Source: Acidimicrobiales bacterium (GTDB taxonomy: Bacteria; Actinomycetota; Acidimicrobiia; Acidimicrobiales; JBEIGA01). Taken from it: a stretch of DNA of 50,817 nucleotides. Positions 36,196 to 43,615 of the stretch are shown in pieces. How positions within the stretch are numbered: the stretch's first letter is position 1; each line of letters opens with the position of its first letter. The stretch spans positions 1 to 50,817 of the forward strand of contig JBEIGA010000001.1 in the NCBI GenBank assembly GCA_040382135.1, read 5' to 3'. The notes under the pieces are model-generated. The model did not search any database and was not told where the DNA came from. It saw only the letters and a list, made by a program, of their open reading frames with translations. The position numbers were made by a program, and so were the translations under genes.

Positions 36196-36932
36196 GCGGG
36201 GTCACCGTCCCCGACGTCGCCACCGTGCGGGCACGCGTGGAGGTCGTCCGCGACCGCATCGCCGCCGCCGGCGGCGACCCCGACCGCGTCCGCATCGTCG
36301 CGGTCACGAAGGCCTTTCCGGCGTTTGCCGTCGAAGTCGCCCGCTCCGCCGGGCTCACCGACGTGGGCGAGAACTACACCCAGGAGCTCGTCGCCAAGCA
36401 GGACGAGCTCGGCGGCCGCGGCGACTGCGCCTGGCACTTCCTGGGCCGGCTGCAGCGCAACAAGGTGCGCCACCTCGTCGGACGCGTCGACCTCTGGCAG
36501 AGCGTCGACCGCCCCGAGCTGGTGGACGAGCTCGCTCGTCGGGCCCCGGGGGCCGCGCTGCTCGTCCAGGTCAACGTCGCGGACGAGCCGGCGAAGGGCG
36601 GCTGCGCCACGGGGGAGACGGCGTCGCTCGTCGCCCGGGCCCGCGACGCCGGCCTCGACGTCCGAGGGTTGATGGCGGTCGGCCCGGCCGGGGACCGACC
36701 GGGCACGGCCCGGGCGTTCGCCGCGCTGGCGCGGTTGGCCGACGGTCTGGACCTTCCCGAGCGGTCGATGGGCATGACCGACGATCTGGAGGACGCCGTC
36801 GCCGCCGGGGCGACGATGGTTCGTATGGGGCGCGCGCTGTTCGGCGTGCGCCCATCGAGTGAGACCGCCGGCGGGAGCGTCCCCGTCGTCGGGGGCGCGC
36901 CGGATAGCATCGGCGGAGGAGACGGCACATGA
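36192..36932 (+). CDS. yggS: YggS-family pyridoxal-phosphate homeostasis protein
   Basis: In-frame GTG at 36192 overlaps the pgeF stop (GTGA). RIVAVTKAFP (PLP lysine), WHFLGRLQRNKV, SMGMTDDLEDAVAAGATMVRMG. Confidence 0.9.
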   Translation: MSGVTVPDVATVRARVEVVRDRIAAAGGDPDRVRIVAVTKAFPAFAVEVARSAGLTDVGENYTQELVAKQDELGGRGDCAWHFLGRLQRNKVRHLVGRVDLWQSVDRPELVDELARRAPGAALLVQVNVADEPAKGGCATGETASLVARARDAGLDVRGLMAVGPAGDRPGTARAFAALARLADGLDLPERSMGMTDDLEDAVAAGATMVRMGRALFGVRPSSETAGGSVPVVGGAPDSIGGGDGT

Positions 36933-37510
36933 CGGCGTGGAAGAAGGCACTGGTCTACCTCGGGCTGGGTCCCGACGAGGAGTACGACGACTACGGGCGG
37001 GAGCACCACGAGCCCGAGCCGCGTCGTGCGTCGGGCTCGGGCGCCCGACCAGAACCGCGCCGCCCGGAGCCGGTGCGGAGCTCGCCGCAGATCCCCGCCC
37101 GTCCCGAGCCGCGCCAGCCGTCGACGGTGCGCACCATCCGCCCGGTGCCGGCCAACCCGCCGGAGTCGAACGTCAGCGAGGGGGTGGTCGCCGTGCGGCC
37201 CGTCGAGTCGAGCACGGTCAAGCCTCTCGTCGCCGCCACCGCCCGACCGACTGCCATCGCGCCCCGGTCGTTCAACGACGCCCAGGAGGTGGCCGACCGC
37301 TACAAGGCCCACCAGCCGGTGATCGTGAACCTGCAGGGCGTGGACCGCGACCTCTCCCGTCGCATCATCGACTTTGCCAGCGGCCTCTGCTACGGCCTCG
37401 GTGGCCAGATGGAGAAGGTGGCGAACCACGTGTACATGCTCACGCCGTCGAACGTCGAGGTCTCGCCCGAGGAACGCCAGCGGCTCGAGGCCCGCGGCTA
37501 CACCAACTGA
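36929..37510 (+). CDS. sepF: cell-division protein SepF
   Basis: ATGA overlap with yggS. MTAWKKALVYLGL (membrane-targeting helix), a disordered linker, and the core PRSFNDAQEVADRYKAHQPVIVNLQGVDRDLSRRIIDFASG. Confidence 0.9.
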   Translation: MTAWKKALVYLGLGPDEEYDDYGREHHEPEPRRASGSGARPEPRRPEPVRSSPQIPARPEPRQPSTVRTIRPVPANPPESNVSEGVVAVRPVESSTVKPLVAATARPTAIAPRSFNDAQEVADRYKAHQPVIVNLQGVDRDLSRRIIDFASGLCYGLGGQMEKVANHVYMLTPSNVEVSPEERQRLEARGYTN

Positions 37511-37575
37511 CCACCCCGTCACCGACCGACAATGGGGTCCCCGTCGGCCGGGGACCCGGAACCTAAGGTTTGGAC

Positions 37576-38772
37576 ATGGACGTCACCCCGCAGCTGCTCC
37601 GTGAGGTCGAGTTCCGCGAGAAGTTCCGCGGCTACGACCCGGACCAGGTCGATGAGCTCCTCGAGCGCGCCGGACAGCAGATCGCCCAGCTGCAGGGTCG
37701 CCTGCGGGAGGCGCTCGAGCGTGCCGAGCAGGCCGAGGCCCGAGCCGCCACCGGCGGGGGCGGGTACAGCGAGACCGAGGAGACCCTTCGGCGCACCCTG
37801 GTGCTTGCCCAGAAGACGGCGGACGCCGTCGTGGCCGAGGCGAACGAGGTGGCGACCAAGACGCGCTCCGAGGCCGACGCCCACGCCCGCCGGGTGACCG
37901 CCGACGCCGACGCCTACGCGCTCCGGATCCGCGCCGAGGTCGACGAGGAGCGCGCCACGGCGCTCGCGGAGGCGAGGGTCGAAGCACGACGCATGGTGGC
38001 CGAGGCCACCGCCCAGTCCGACGCCATCCGTGCCGAGGCCGCCGCCGAGGCCCGCCGGGTCATCGAGTCCACGCGGCTGCCGTTGCGCGAGGAGATCCGC
38101 GAGCTGGAACAGGTCCGCGACCAGCTGCAGGACGACATCGCCATGCTCAGCGGGCACGTCGAACAGCAGCGGGAACGGCTGGCGGCGTCCATCGCTGCGC
38201 TGCAGCTCACGGTGGCCGATCCGGAGGCGCTCCGTGTCGCTCCGGCGCCGGCAGCGTCTGCCGTCCAGCTCCCCGAGCCCCGCGAGTACGCCCTCGACGA
38301 GGTGGCCCCGTCCGCTGCCGCGGCAGCGGCGGACGCAGCGCTGCCGTTCGAGTTCGCAGGAGAGGGGTCCGGCACGGCGCTCGAGCTCGACGAGGAGCCG
38401 GACGAGCCCACCATGGCCTTCCGGCCGGTGCTCGCCGACGAGCGCGAGCCGGCCATCGCCCTCGACCTCACCGACCAGGACGGCTGGGACGACGACGAGG
38501 AAGCGTGGGACGACGAGGACGACTGGGCCGACCCGCCCTTCGGCATCGCCCCCGCGCCGGCCGTCGGCGCCGTGGATCCGCAGCGCTATGCGGAGCCCAC
38601 GGTGTCGCCCACCGACATCGACGATGAGCCGGGTGGGCGGGATCCGTTCCTCGACCAGCTCCGTCAGGCGGTCGACGAGGCCGGCGACGACGATCACACC
38701 ACGAAGGCGATGGAGGCCTTCTTCGAGCCCGACGCCGACGATCGGCGCTCGAGGTTCGGTCGCAAGCGCTAG
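37576..38772 (+). CDS. divIVA: DivIVA-domain protein (Wag31-like) with long acidic C-terminal region
   Basis: ATG at 37576 with AAGG 7 nt upstream; the track's 37570 start is a TTG. MDVTPQLLREVEFREKFRGYDPDQVDELLE is the DivIVA N-terminal lipid-binding domain, followed by coiled-coil and an acidic tail. Confidence 0.85.
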   Translation: MDVTPQLLREVEFREKFRGYDPDQVDELLERAGQQIAQLQGRLREALERAEQAEARAATGGGGYSETEETLRRTLVLAQKTADAVVAEANEVATKTRSEADAHARRVTADADAYALRIRAEVDEERATALAEARVEARRMVAEATAQSDAIRAEAAAEARRVIESTRLPLREEIRELEQVRDQLQDDIAMLSGHVEQQRERLAASIAALQLTVADPEALRVAPAPAASAVQLPEPREYALDEVAPSAAAAAADAALPFEFAGEGSGTALELDEEPDEPTMAFRPVLADEREPAIALDLTDQDGWDDDEEAWDDEDDWADPPFGIAPAPAVGAVDPQRYAEPTVSPTDIDDEPGGRDPFLDQLRQAVDEAGDDDHTTKAMEAFFEPDADDRRSRFGRKR

Positions 38773-38865
38773 AGGTCCGTGCGGGCGAGGTGCCCGGGTT
38801 CCTCTCGAAACCCTCTAGACTCCGCCAACCATTGCACACGGTGGGTGCAGGAGGGGAGACGGAGC

Positions 38866-39792
38866 ATGGCGACCAAGAAGCAGGCCCCGAAGGCGGCTGC
38901 AGCTCCGAAGGAGACGAAGGCGCCGACGGCGAAGGCCACCAAGGCGGCAGGAAAGGCTGCGCCCGCCAAGGCCACGGCCAAGGCGGCGCCTGCGAAGGCT
39001 GCTCCTGCGAAGGTGGCTCCTGCCAAGGCGCCTGCGAAGGCTGCGCCTGCGAAGGCTGCGCCTGCGAAGGCTGCGCCTGCGAAGGCTGCGCCTGCGAAGG
39101 CTGTTCCCGCCAAGGCGGAGGCGAAGGCTGCTCCTGCGAAGGTGGCTCCGGCCAAGGCACCAGCGAAGGCTGCGCCTGCGAAGGCTGCTCCCGCCAAGGC
39201 CGCAGCAAAGGCGTCCCCTGCCAAGGCGGCGTCATCCGCCTCCCCGAAGGGTGACGAGGTGTCTGCGCCGAAGACCTCGGTGAAGACCACGACGACGAAG
39301 AGGAACGGGGAGGCGGGCGACACGGTGACGGGCAAGGCCGGAGCGAAGACGGCGGCGAAGGGCACTGCGGGGAAGGGCAAGGGCGCGTCCCCGACGGTCG
39401 CGACCCCGGCAGGCGCCGGTCTCGACGCCGCTTTCCTGGAGCAGCAGCGGCTTGCGCTGCTCGAGGAGCGGGAGCGCTACCTGCGCTCGGCGGTCCGCCT
39501 GCAGGCCGAGGCGGAGGCCCTCGTCGAGGGCCGTGAGCCCGGTGACGTCCAGTTCGACGAGGAGTCGGGTGAGGGCGACACCATCGCCGTGGAGCGCGAG
39601 CGCGACCTCGCCCTGTCGGCCCAGGCCCGCCAGGCGGTGATCGAGATCGACGCTGCGCTCGCTCGCATCGACGACGGCACCTACGGCGTTTGCCAGGTCT
39701 CCGGCCTCCCGATCCCGCCCGAGCGCCTCGAGGCGATCCCGTGGGCCCGGGAACGGGTCGAGTACAAGGCCGGAGGGATCGGGCGCCGCTGA
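38866..39792 (+). CDS. DksA/TraR-family protein with N-terminal Ala/Lys/Pro (PAKAA) histone-like repeat region and degenerate zinc finger
   Basis: ATG at 38866 with GGAGACGGAGC upstream. Residues ~1-125 are [11 protein letters not shown]-type repeats. The C-terminus [20 protein letters not shown]...[34 protein letters not shown] matches the DksA/TraR pattern but keeps only 1 of 4 Cys. Confidence 0.7.
   Translation: MATKKQAPKAAAAPKETKAPTAKATKAAGKAAPAKATAKAAPAKAAPAKVAPAKAPAKAAPAKAAPAKAAPAKAAPAKAVPAKAEAKAAPAKVAPAKAPAKAAPAKAAPAKAAAKASPAKAASSASPKGDEVSAPKTSVKTTTTKRNGEAGDTVTGKAGAKTAAKGTAGKGKGASPTVATPAGAGLDAAFLEQQRLALLEERERYLRSAVRLQAEAEALVEGREPGDVQFDEESGEGDTIAVERERDLALSAQARQAVIEIDAALARIDDGTYGVCQVSGLPIPPERLEAIPWARERVEYKAGGIGRR
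39028..39102. repeat. five perfect tandem copies of a 15-bp unit (GCGCCTGCGAAGGCT = APAKA), core of a degenerate array spanning ~38985-39215
   Basis: Copies start at 39028, 39043, 39058, 39073 and 39088. A ~63-bp higher-order block (GCTGCTCCTGCGAAGGTGGCTCC...) recurs at ~38998 and ~39127. Confidence 0.95.
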
Positions 39793-39811
39793 CGCGGCCG
39801 CCTTTCCGCCC

Positions 39812-40375
39812 GTGCGTCGCCTCGCCCCTGCCCTCGGCCTCGCGGCGGTCGTCCTCCTCGTCGACCAACTGACGAAGCACTGGGCGCTGCAGGAACTGCA
39901 GACCCGGAACATCGACCTGTTCTGGAGCCTGCGCCTCAACCTGGTCTTCAACGAAGGCACGGCGTTCTCCCTCGGCGGTGGCATGGGCTGGCTCTTCGGC
40001 CCGCTCGCCCTCGCCGTCTCGGTCGTGCTCCTCCGCTGGGCCATGCGGCTCCGCTCGCTCGGCGCCCGGCTCGCCATCGGCGCCATCGTCGGCGGCGCGC
40101 TCGGCAACCTCCTCGACCGTGCGTTCCGCGCCGGTGACGGGTTCCTCGGCGGTCGGGTCGTGGATTTCCTCGACCTCCAGTGGTGGCCCGTGTTCAACGT
40201 GGCCGACATCGGGATCGTGGTGGGCGCCATCGCGCTGGTGGTCATCGGCCTGGTGCGTGGCGATGACGCCTATGCCACCGTGGACGTTCCCGACGAGACC
40301 ACCACCGACGACGCCATCGATGCCGGGACCGAGCCCTCGGCGGCCGACGCCACCGTGGGCGAGGACGGCGCGTGA
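39812..40375 (+). CDS. lspA: lipoprotein signal peptidase (signal peptidase II)
   Basis: 187 aa. DQLTKHWA, FNEGTAFS, VVDFLDLQWWPVFNVADIGI (catalytic Asp motifs), four TM segments. Confidence 0.9.
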   Translation: MRRLAPALGLAAVVLLVDQLTKHWALQELQTRNIDLFWSLRLNLVFNEGTAFSLGGGMGWLFGPLALAVSVVLLRWAMRLRSLGARLAIGAIVGGALGNLLDRAFRAGDGFLGGRVVDFLDLQWWPVFNVADIGIVVGAIALVVIGLVRGDDAYATVDVPDETTTDDAIDAGTEPSAADATVGEDGA

Positions 40376-41328
40376 GCGGAGCCGAGCCCGTCGAGAACCA
40401 CCTCGACGAGCCCGACCTCGAGGAGGAGCTCCCTCTGGCACTCGACGGTGAGCGGCTCGATCGGGTGGTGTCCATGCTGGGCGAGGTCAGCCGGGCGCGC
40501 GCCGGCGAGCTCGTCGATGCCGGGGTGGTGACGCTCGACGATCAGGCGGTGACCCAACGCTCACGCCGGGTCCGAGCAGGGGAGCGGCTCGCCGTCCACG
40601 TGGCGTTGGCCCTTCCGAACCGCTTGCCGGTCGCCGACCCGGGCGTCGCCGTCCCGGTGATCCACGAGGACGCCCACCTGTTCGTGATCGACAAGCCACC
40701 GGGCCTCGTGGTGCACCCCGGTGCGGGCAACCCGACGGGAACGCTCGTCAACGGCCTGCTGGCCATCGATCCGGCGATCGCTTCCGTGGGCGACCCGGCC
40801 CGTCCCGGCATCGTGCACCGGCTCGACAAGGGCACGTCGGGTCTCCTCGTGGTCGCCCGGACCGAGGAGGCCTACGAGGGCCTCGTCGCAATGCTGTCGG
40901 CGCGGGAGATCGATCGTCGGTACACGGCGCTGGCGTGGGGCGAGCCCGCACCGGCGCGAGGGATGGTCGATGCGCCCATCGGACGCTCCCAACGGGATCC
41001 GACCCGGATGGCGGTGGTCCACGACGGGCGTGAGGCGCGGACGGGCTACGAGGTCGTGCGGACCTTCACGCAACCCGCCAGGGTGTCGCTGCTGACGTGT
41101 CGGTTGTACACGGGACGGACCCACCAGATCCGGGTGCACCTCGCCGCCATCGGGCACCCCGTCGTGGGCGACGAGCGCTACGGCGGGGTCCGGCCAGGCG
41201 TGTCGGTCGGGCGTCCGTTCCTGCACGCCGCGGCGCTCTCGTTCCGCCACCCGGTGACCGGCGAGCACCTGGAGCTCGCGTCCCCGCTGCCGGCCGATCT
41301 CGCTGCCGTGCTCGACACCCTCTCCTGA
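40372..41328 (+). CDS. rluD: RluA-family 23S rRNA pseudouridine synthase (RluD-like)
   Basis: GTGA overlap with lspA. S4 domain, then VIDKPPGLVVHPG, IVHRLDKGTSGLLVVAR, GRTHQIRVHL. Confidence 0.9.
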   Translation: MSGAEPVENHLDEPDLEEELPLALDGERLDRVVSMLGEVSRARAGELVDAGVVTLDDQAVTQRSRRVRAGERLAVHVALALPNRLPVADPGVAVPVIHEDAHLFVIDKPPGLVVHPGAGNPTGTLVNGLLAIDPAIASVGDPARPGIVHRLDKGTSGLLVVARTEEAYEGLVAMLSAREIDRRYTALAWGEPAPARGMVDAPIGRSQRDPTRMAVVHDGREARTGYEVVRTFTQPARVSLLTCRLYTGRTHQIRVHLAAIGHPVVGDERYGGVRPGVSVGRPFLHAAALSFRHPVTGEHLELASPLPADLAAVLDTLS

Positions 41329-41349
41329 GCGGTAGCGGGCAGGGCCGGC

Positions 41350-41790
41350 TCAGGCCTCGGGCCAGTCCGCCTCGCCCCGCGACATGCGGGCGATGTCGGC
41401 GAGGGTGAACGAGTCGAGGTACCGGCGCATGTGGGCACCGGCCCCTGCCCAGATGGCGAGCAGCACGCACTGTCCCTCGTGGTCGCAGGCCCCGCCGGTG
41501 TGGGGCTCGCCGAAGTCGCCGGCCACGATCGGGCCGTCCACGGCGCTGACGATCTCCGACAGCATGATGCGGTCCGGCTCGCGGGCGAGCACGTACCCGC
41601 CGCCGACCCCCCGCTTGGAGCGGACCAACCCGGCGCCCTTCAGGGCCAGCAGGATCTGCTCGAGGTAGGGCTGGGGCAGGCCGGTGCGGTCGGCGATCTC
41701 CCGGACCGAGGTGGGTGAGGAGCCGTCGCCGTGCAGGGCGAGCGACAGGAGGGCCCGGCTCGCGTAGTCGCCGCGCGTCGAGACCTTCAC
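41350..41790 (-). CDS. Rrf2-family transcriptional regulator
   Basis: 146 aa, GTG start. MKVSTRGDYASRALLSLAL...SVREIADRTGLPQPYLEQILLALKGAGLVRSKRGVGGGY. Only two Cys (CDHEGQC) in the cluster-ligand region. Confidence 0.9.
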   Translation of the reverse strand: MKVSTRGDYASRALLSLALHGDGSSPTSVREIADRTGLPQPYLEQILLALKGAGLVRSKRGVGGGYVLAREPDRIMLSEIVSAVDGPIVAGDFGEPHTGGACDHEGQCVLLAIWAGAGAHMRRYLDSFTLADIARMSRGEADWPEA

Positions 41791-41824
41791 GTCGGGATCC
41801 TCACGTCGGCACCGGGCACGTCGG
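41787..41824. promoter_or_regulatory. three direct repeats (T/G)CACGTCGG at the rrf2 5' end / divergent promoter region
   Basis: TCACGTCGG at 41787-41795 (overlaps the rrf2 GTG), TCACGTCGG at 41801-41809, and GCACGTCGG at 41816-41824. Spacings are 14 and 15 bp. A perfect 12-bp palindrome GACCCGCGGGTC lies at 41838-41849. Confidence 0.3.
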
Positions 41825-41908
41825 CGATGTTAGTGGCGACCCGCGGGTCCGACCGGGAGTCGGCCGGATGCTCCTACCATCGATCGGGTACGAACGGACA
41901 GGAGCGTC

Positions 41909-43024
41909 GTGGACGACCGACCCCACATCCCCGATTACCGGGGGGCCTGCATCAGCAACGTGGTGCCCGCCCTGCTGTACCCGGGCGCGGCCGATCCCGC
42001 ATGGTTGCCCGCTCCCGCCGCGACCGCACGGCGCCACGTCCTGCTGCTCCTCGACGGGCTCGGATGGTCGTTCCTCCAGGCCCACCGGGACGTCGCCCCC
42101 GTGCTGGCCGGGCTCGCGGGCGGACCGATCTCCACCGTGGCACCGTCCACCACGGCGGCGGCGTTGACGTCGCTCACCACGGGGGTGCCCCCGGGGGAGC
42201 ACGGGCTCGTCGGCTACCGGGTGGACCTCGCCGGCGAGATCCTCAACGCCCTCCGGTGGACCGTCGCCGGATCGGACGTGCGCCGCCGTCATCCGCCCGA
42301 CCGGGTGCAGCCGGTGCCGCCGTTCCTGGGTGAGCCGGTCCCGGTGGTGACCCGCTCGGAGTTCGCCGACTCGGGGTTCACCGCCGCCCACCTCGCCGGC
42401 GGCACCTTCACCGGCGTCGCCGCCACGTCGGGCCTCCTGGTGGAGGTGCCACGGTGCCTCGCCGCCGGCGCCGACCTCGTCTACGCCTACTACGACGGCC
42501 TCGATCGCGTCGGCCACGTGCACGGGGTCGGACCGCACCTCGTGGCCGAGCTCGCCGCCTCCGACGCCCTGGTCGCCGGGCTCCTCGCTGTGCTGCCCGA
42601 CGACGTCGCCCTGGTGGTCACGGCGGACCACGGGATGGTCCACGCCCCACCGGGGGAGGACGGCTCGGGCGTCGTCGTGCTGCCCGCATCGGTGCTCGAG
42701 CACGTCCGCTACCAGAGCGGCGAGCCACGCTTCCGGTGGCTCCACACCGCGCCCGACCGGGCCGCCGAGGTGCTCGACGCTGCGGCCGAGGTGCTCGGCG
42801 AGCGGGCGTGGGTCGTCAGCCTCGAGCAGGTGCTCGACGAGGGGTGGCTCGGGCCCCGGGTCACGGTCGATGCCGCCGCTCGCCTCGGGACCGTCGCAAT
42901 CGCCGCCCGCGCACCGATCGCGGTGGCGGACGCCGACGACGCATCCACGTGGGTGCTGGTCGGTCGGCACGGGTCGCTGACCGCCGACGAGATGACCGTT
43001 CCCCTGCTGGCCGGGACCCGGTGA
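41909..43024 (+). CDS. alkaline-phosphatase-superfamily protein (nucleotide pyrophosphatase/phosphodiesterase-like)
   Basis: GTG start with GGAG 6 nt upstream. LLLLDGLGWSF, TVAPSTTAAALTSLTTG (nucleophile Thr region), DGLDRVGHVHG, VVTADHGMV. Confidence 0.75.
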   Translation: MDDRPHIPDYRGACISNVVPALLYPGAADPAWLPAPAATARRHVLLLLDGLGWSFLQAHRDVAPVLAGLAGGPISTVAPSTTAAALTSLTTGVPPGEHGLVGYRVDLAGEILNALRWTVAGSDVRRRHPPDRVQPVPPFLGEPVPVVTRSEFADSGFTAAHLAGGTFTGVAATSGLLVEVPRCLAAGADLVYAYYDGLDRVGHVHGVGPHLVAELAASDALVAGLLAVLPDDVALVVTADHGMVHAPPGEDGSGVVVLPASVLEHVRYQSGEPRFRWLHTAPDRAAEVLDAAAEVLGERAWVVSLEQVLDEGWLGPRVTVDAAARLGTVAIAARAPIAVADADDASTWVLVGRHGSLTADEMTVPLLAGTR

Positions 43025-43084
43025 CGTCCTCTCGGCTGCCGGGGTAGCACAATCGTGGGCGTCGCCCGCGTCGAGGAGCATTGC

Positions 43085-43597
43085 ATGACCGAGATCCCGT
43101 CCCAGCGCCAGATCGAGCACGGCGAGCTCCTGCTGCCCGACGATGGGATCGAGCCGGAGCCTGACGAGCATCGCGAGGCGATCGAACAGCCCGCCAAGGT
43201 GATGCGGGTGGGGACGATGATGCGCCAACTGCTCGAGGAGGTGCGCTCCACCACCCTCGACGAGGCCAGTCGGGAACGTCTCCGGGAGATCTACGAGACC
43301 TCGGTCGCCGAGCTCGGATCGGCCCTGTCGCCCGACCTGCGCGACGAGCTCGGGCGCCTCGCCCTGCCGTTCGGCGCCGACGAGAACCCCTCCGCCGCGG
43401 AGCTCCAGATCGCGCAGGCCCAGCTGGTGGGTTGGCTCGAGGGGCTGATCCAGGGCATCCAGGCCACCCTGTTCGCCCAGCAGATGGCGGCGCAGGCGCA
43501 GCTCGCCAACATGCGCCGGCAGGGGCAGCTCATGCCCGGTCAGCACCCCGGCCCGGACGGCGCCGGTCCCGACACCCGCCCAGGCACCTACCTGTAG
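43085..43597 (+). CDS. bpa: bacterial proteasome activator Bpa (PafE)
   Basis: EQPAKVMRVGTMMRQLLEEVR...LPFGADENPSAAELQIAQAQLVGWLEGLIQGIQATLFAQQMAAQAQL closely follows the M. tuberculosis Bpa sequence as I recall it. The C-terminus is GTYL. The start could instead be the GTG at 43055. Confidence 0.85.
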   Translation: MTEIPSQRQIEHGELLLPDDGIEPEPDEHREAIEQPAKVMRVGTMMRQLLEEVRSTTLDEASRERLREIYETSVAELGSALSPDLRDELGRLALPFGADENPSAAELQIAQAQLVGWLEGLIQGIQATLFAQQMAAQAQLANMRRQGQLMPGQHPGPDGAGPDTRPGTYL

Positions 43598-43598
43598 C

Positions 43599-43612
43599 GG
43601 GCCGTCCGGCCC
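43599..43612. terminator. GGGCC-GTCC-GGCCC hairpin between convergent bpa and the giant surface-protein gene
   Basis: 5-bp GC stem with a 4-nt loop, 3 nt beyond the minus-strand stop (43616-43618) and 1 nt beyond the bpa TAG. Near-identical to the hairpin at 48774-48787. Confidence 0.35.
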
Positions 43613-43615
43613 TCG

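Noticed and set aside
38985-39215. Regular short repeats (15-bp PAKAA units; also the ~270-bp FN3 units at 43.6-44.7 kb and 48.8-49.9 kb) considered as possible CRISPR arrays
   Set aside because: The repeats are contiguous without unique spacers, lie in frame within long ORFs, and encode sensible protein repeats. There are no cas genes in the window.
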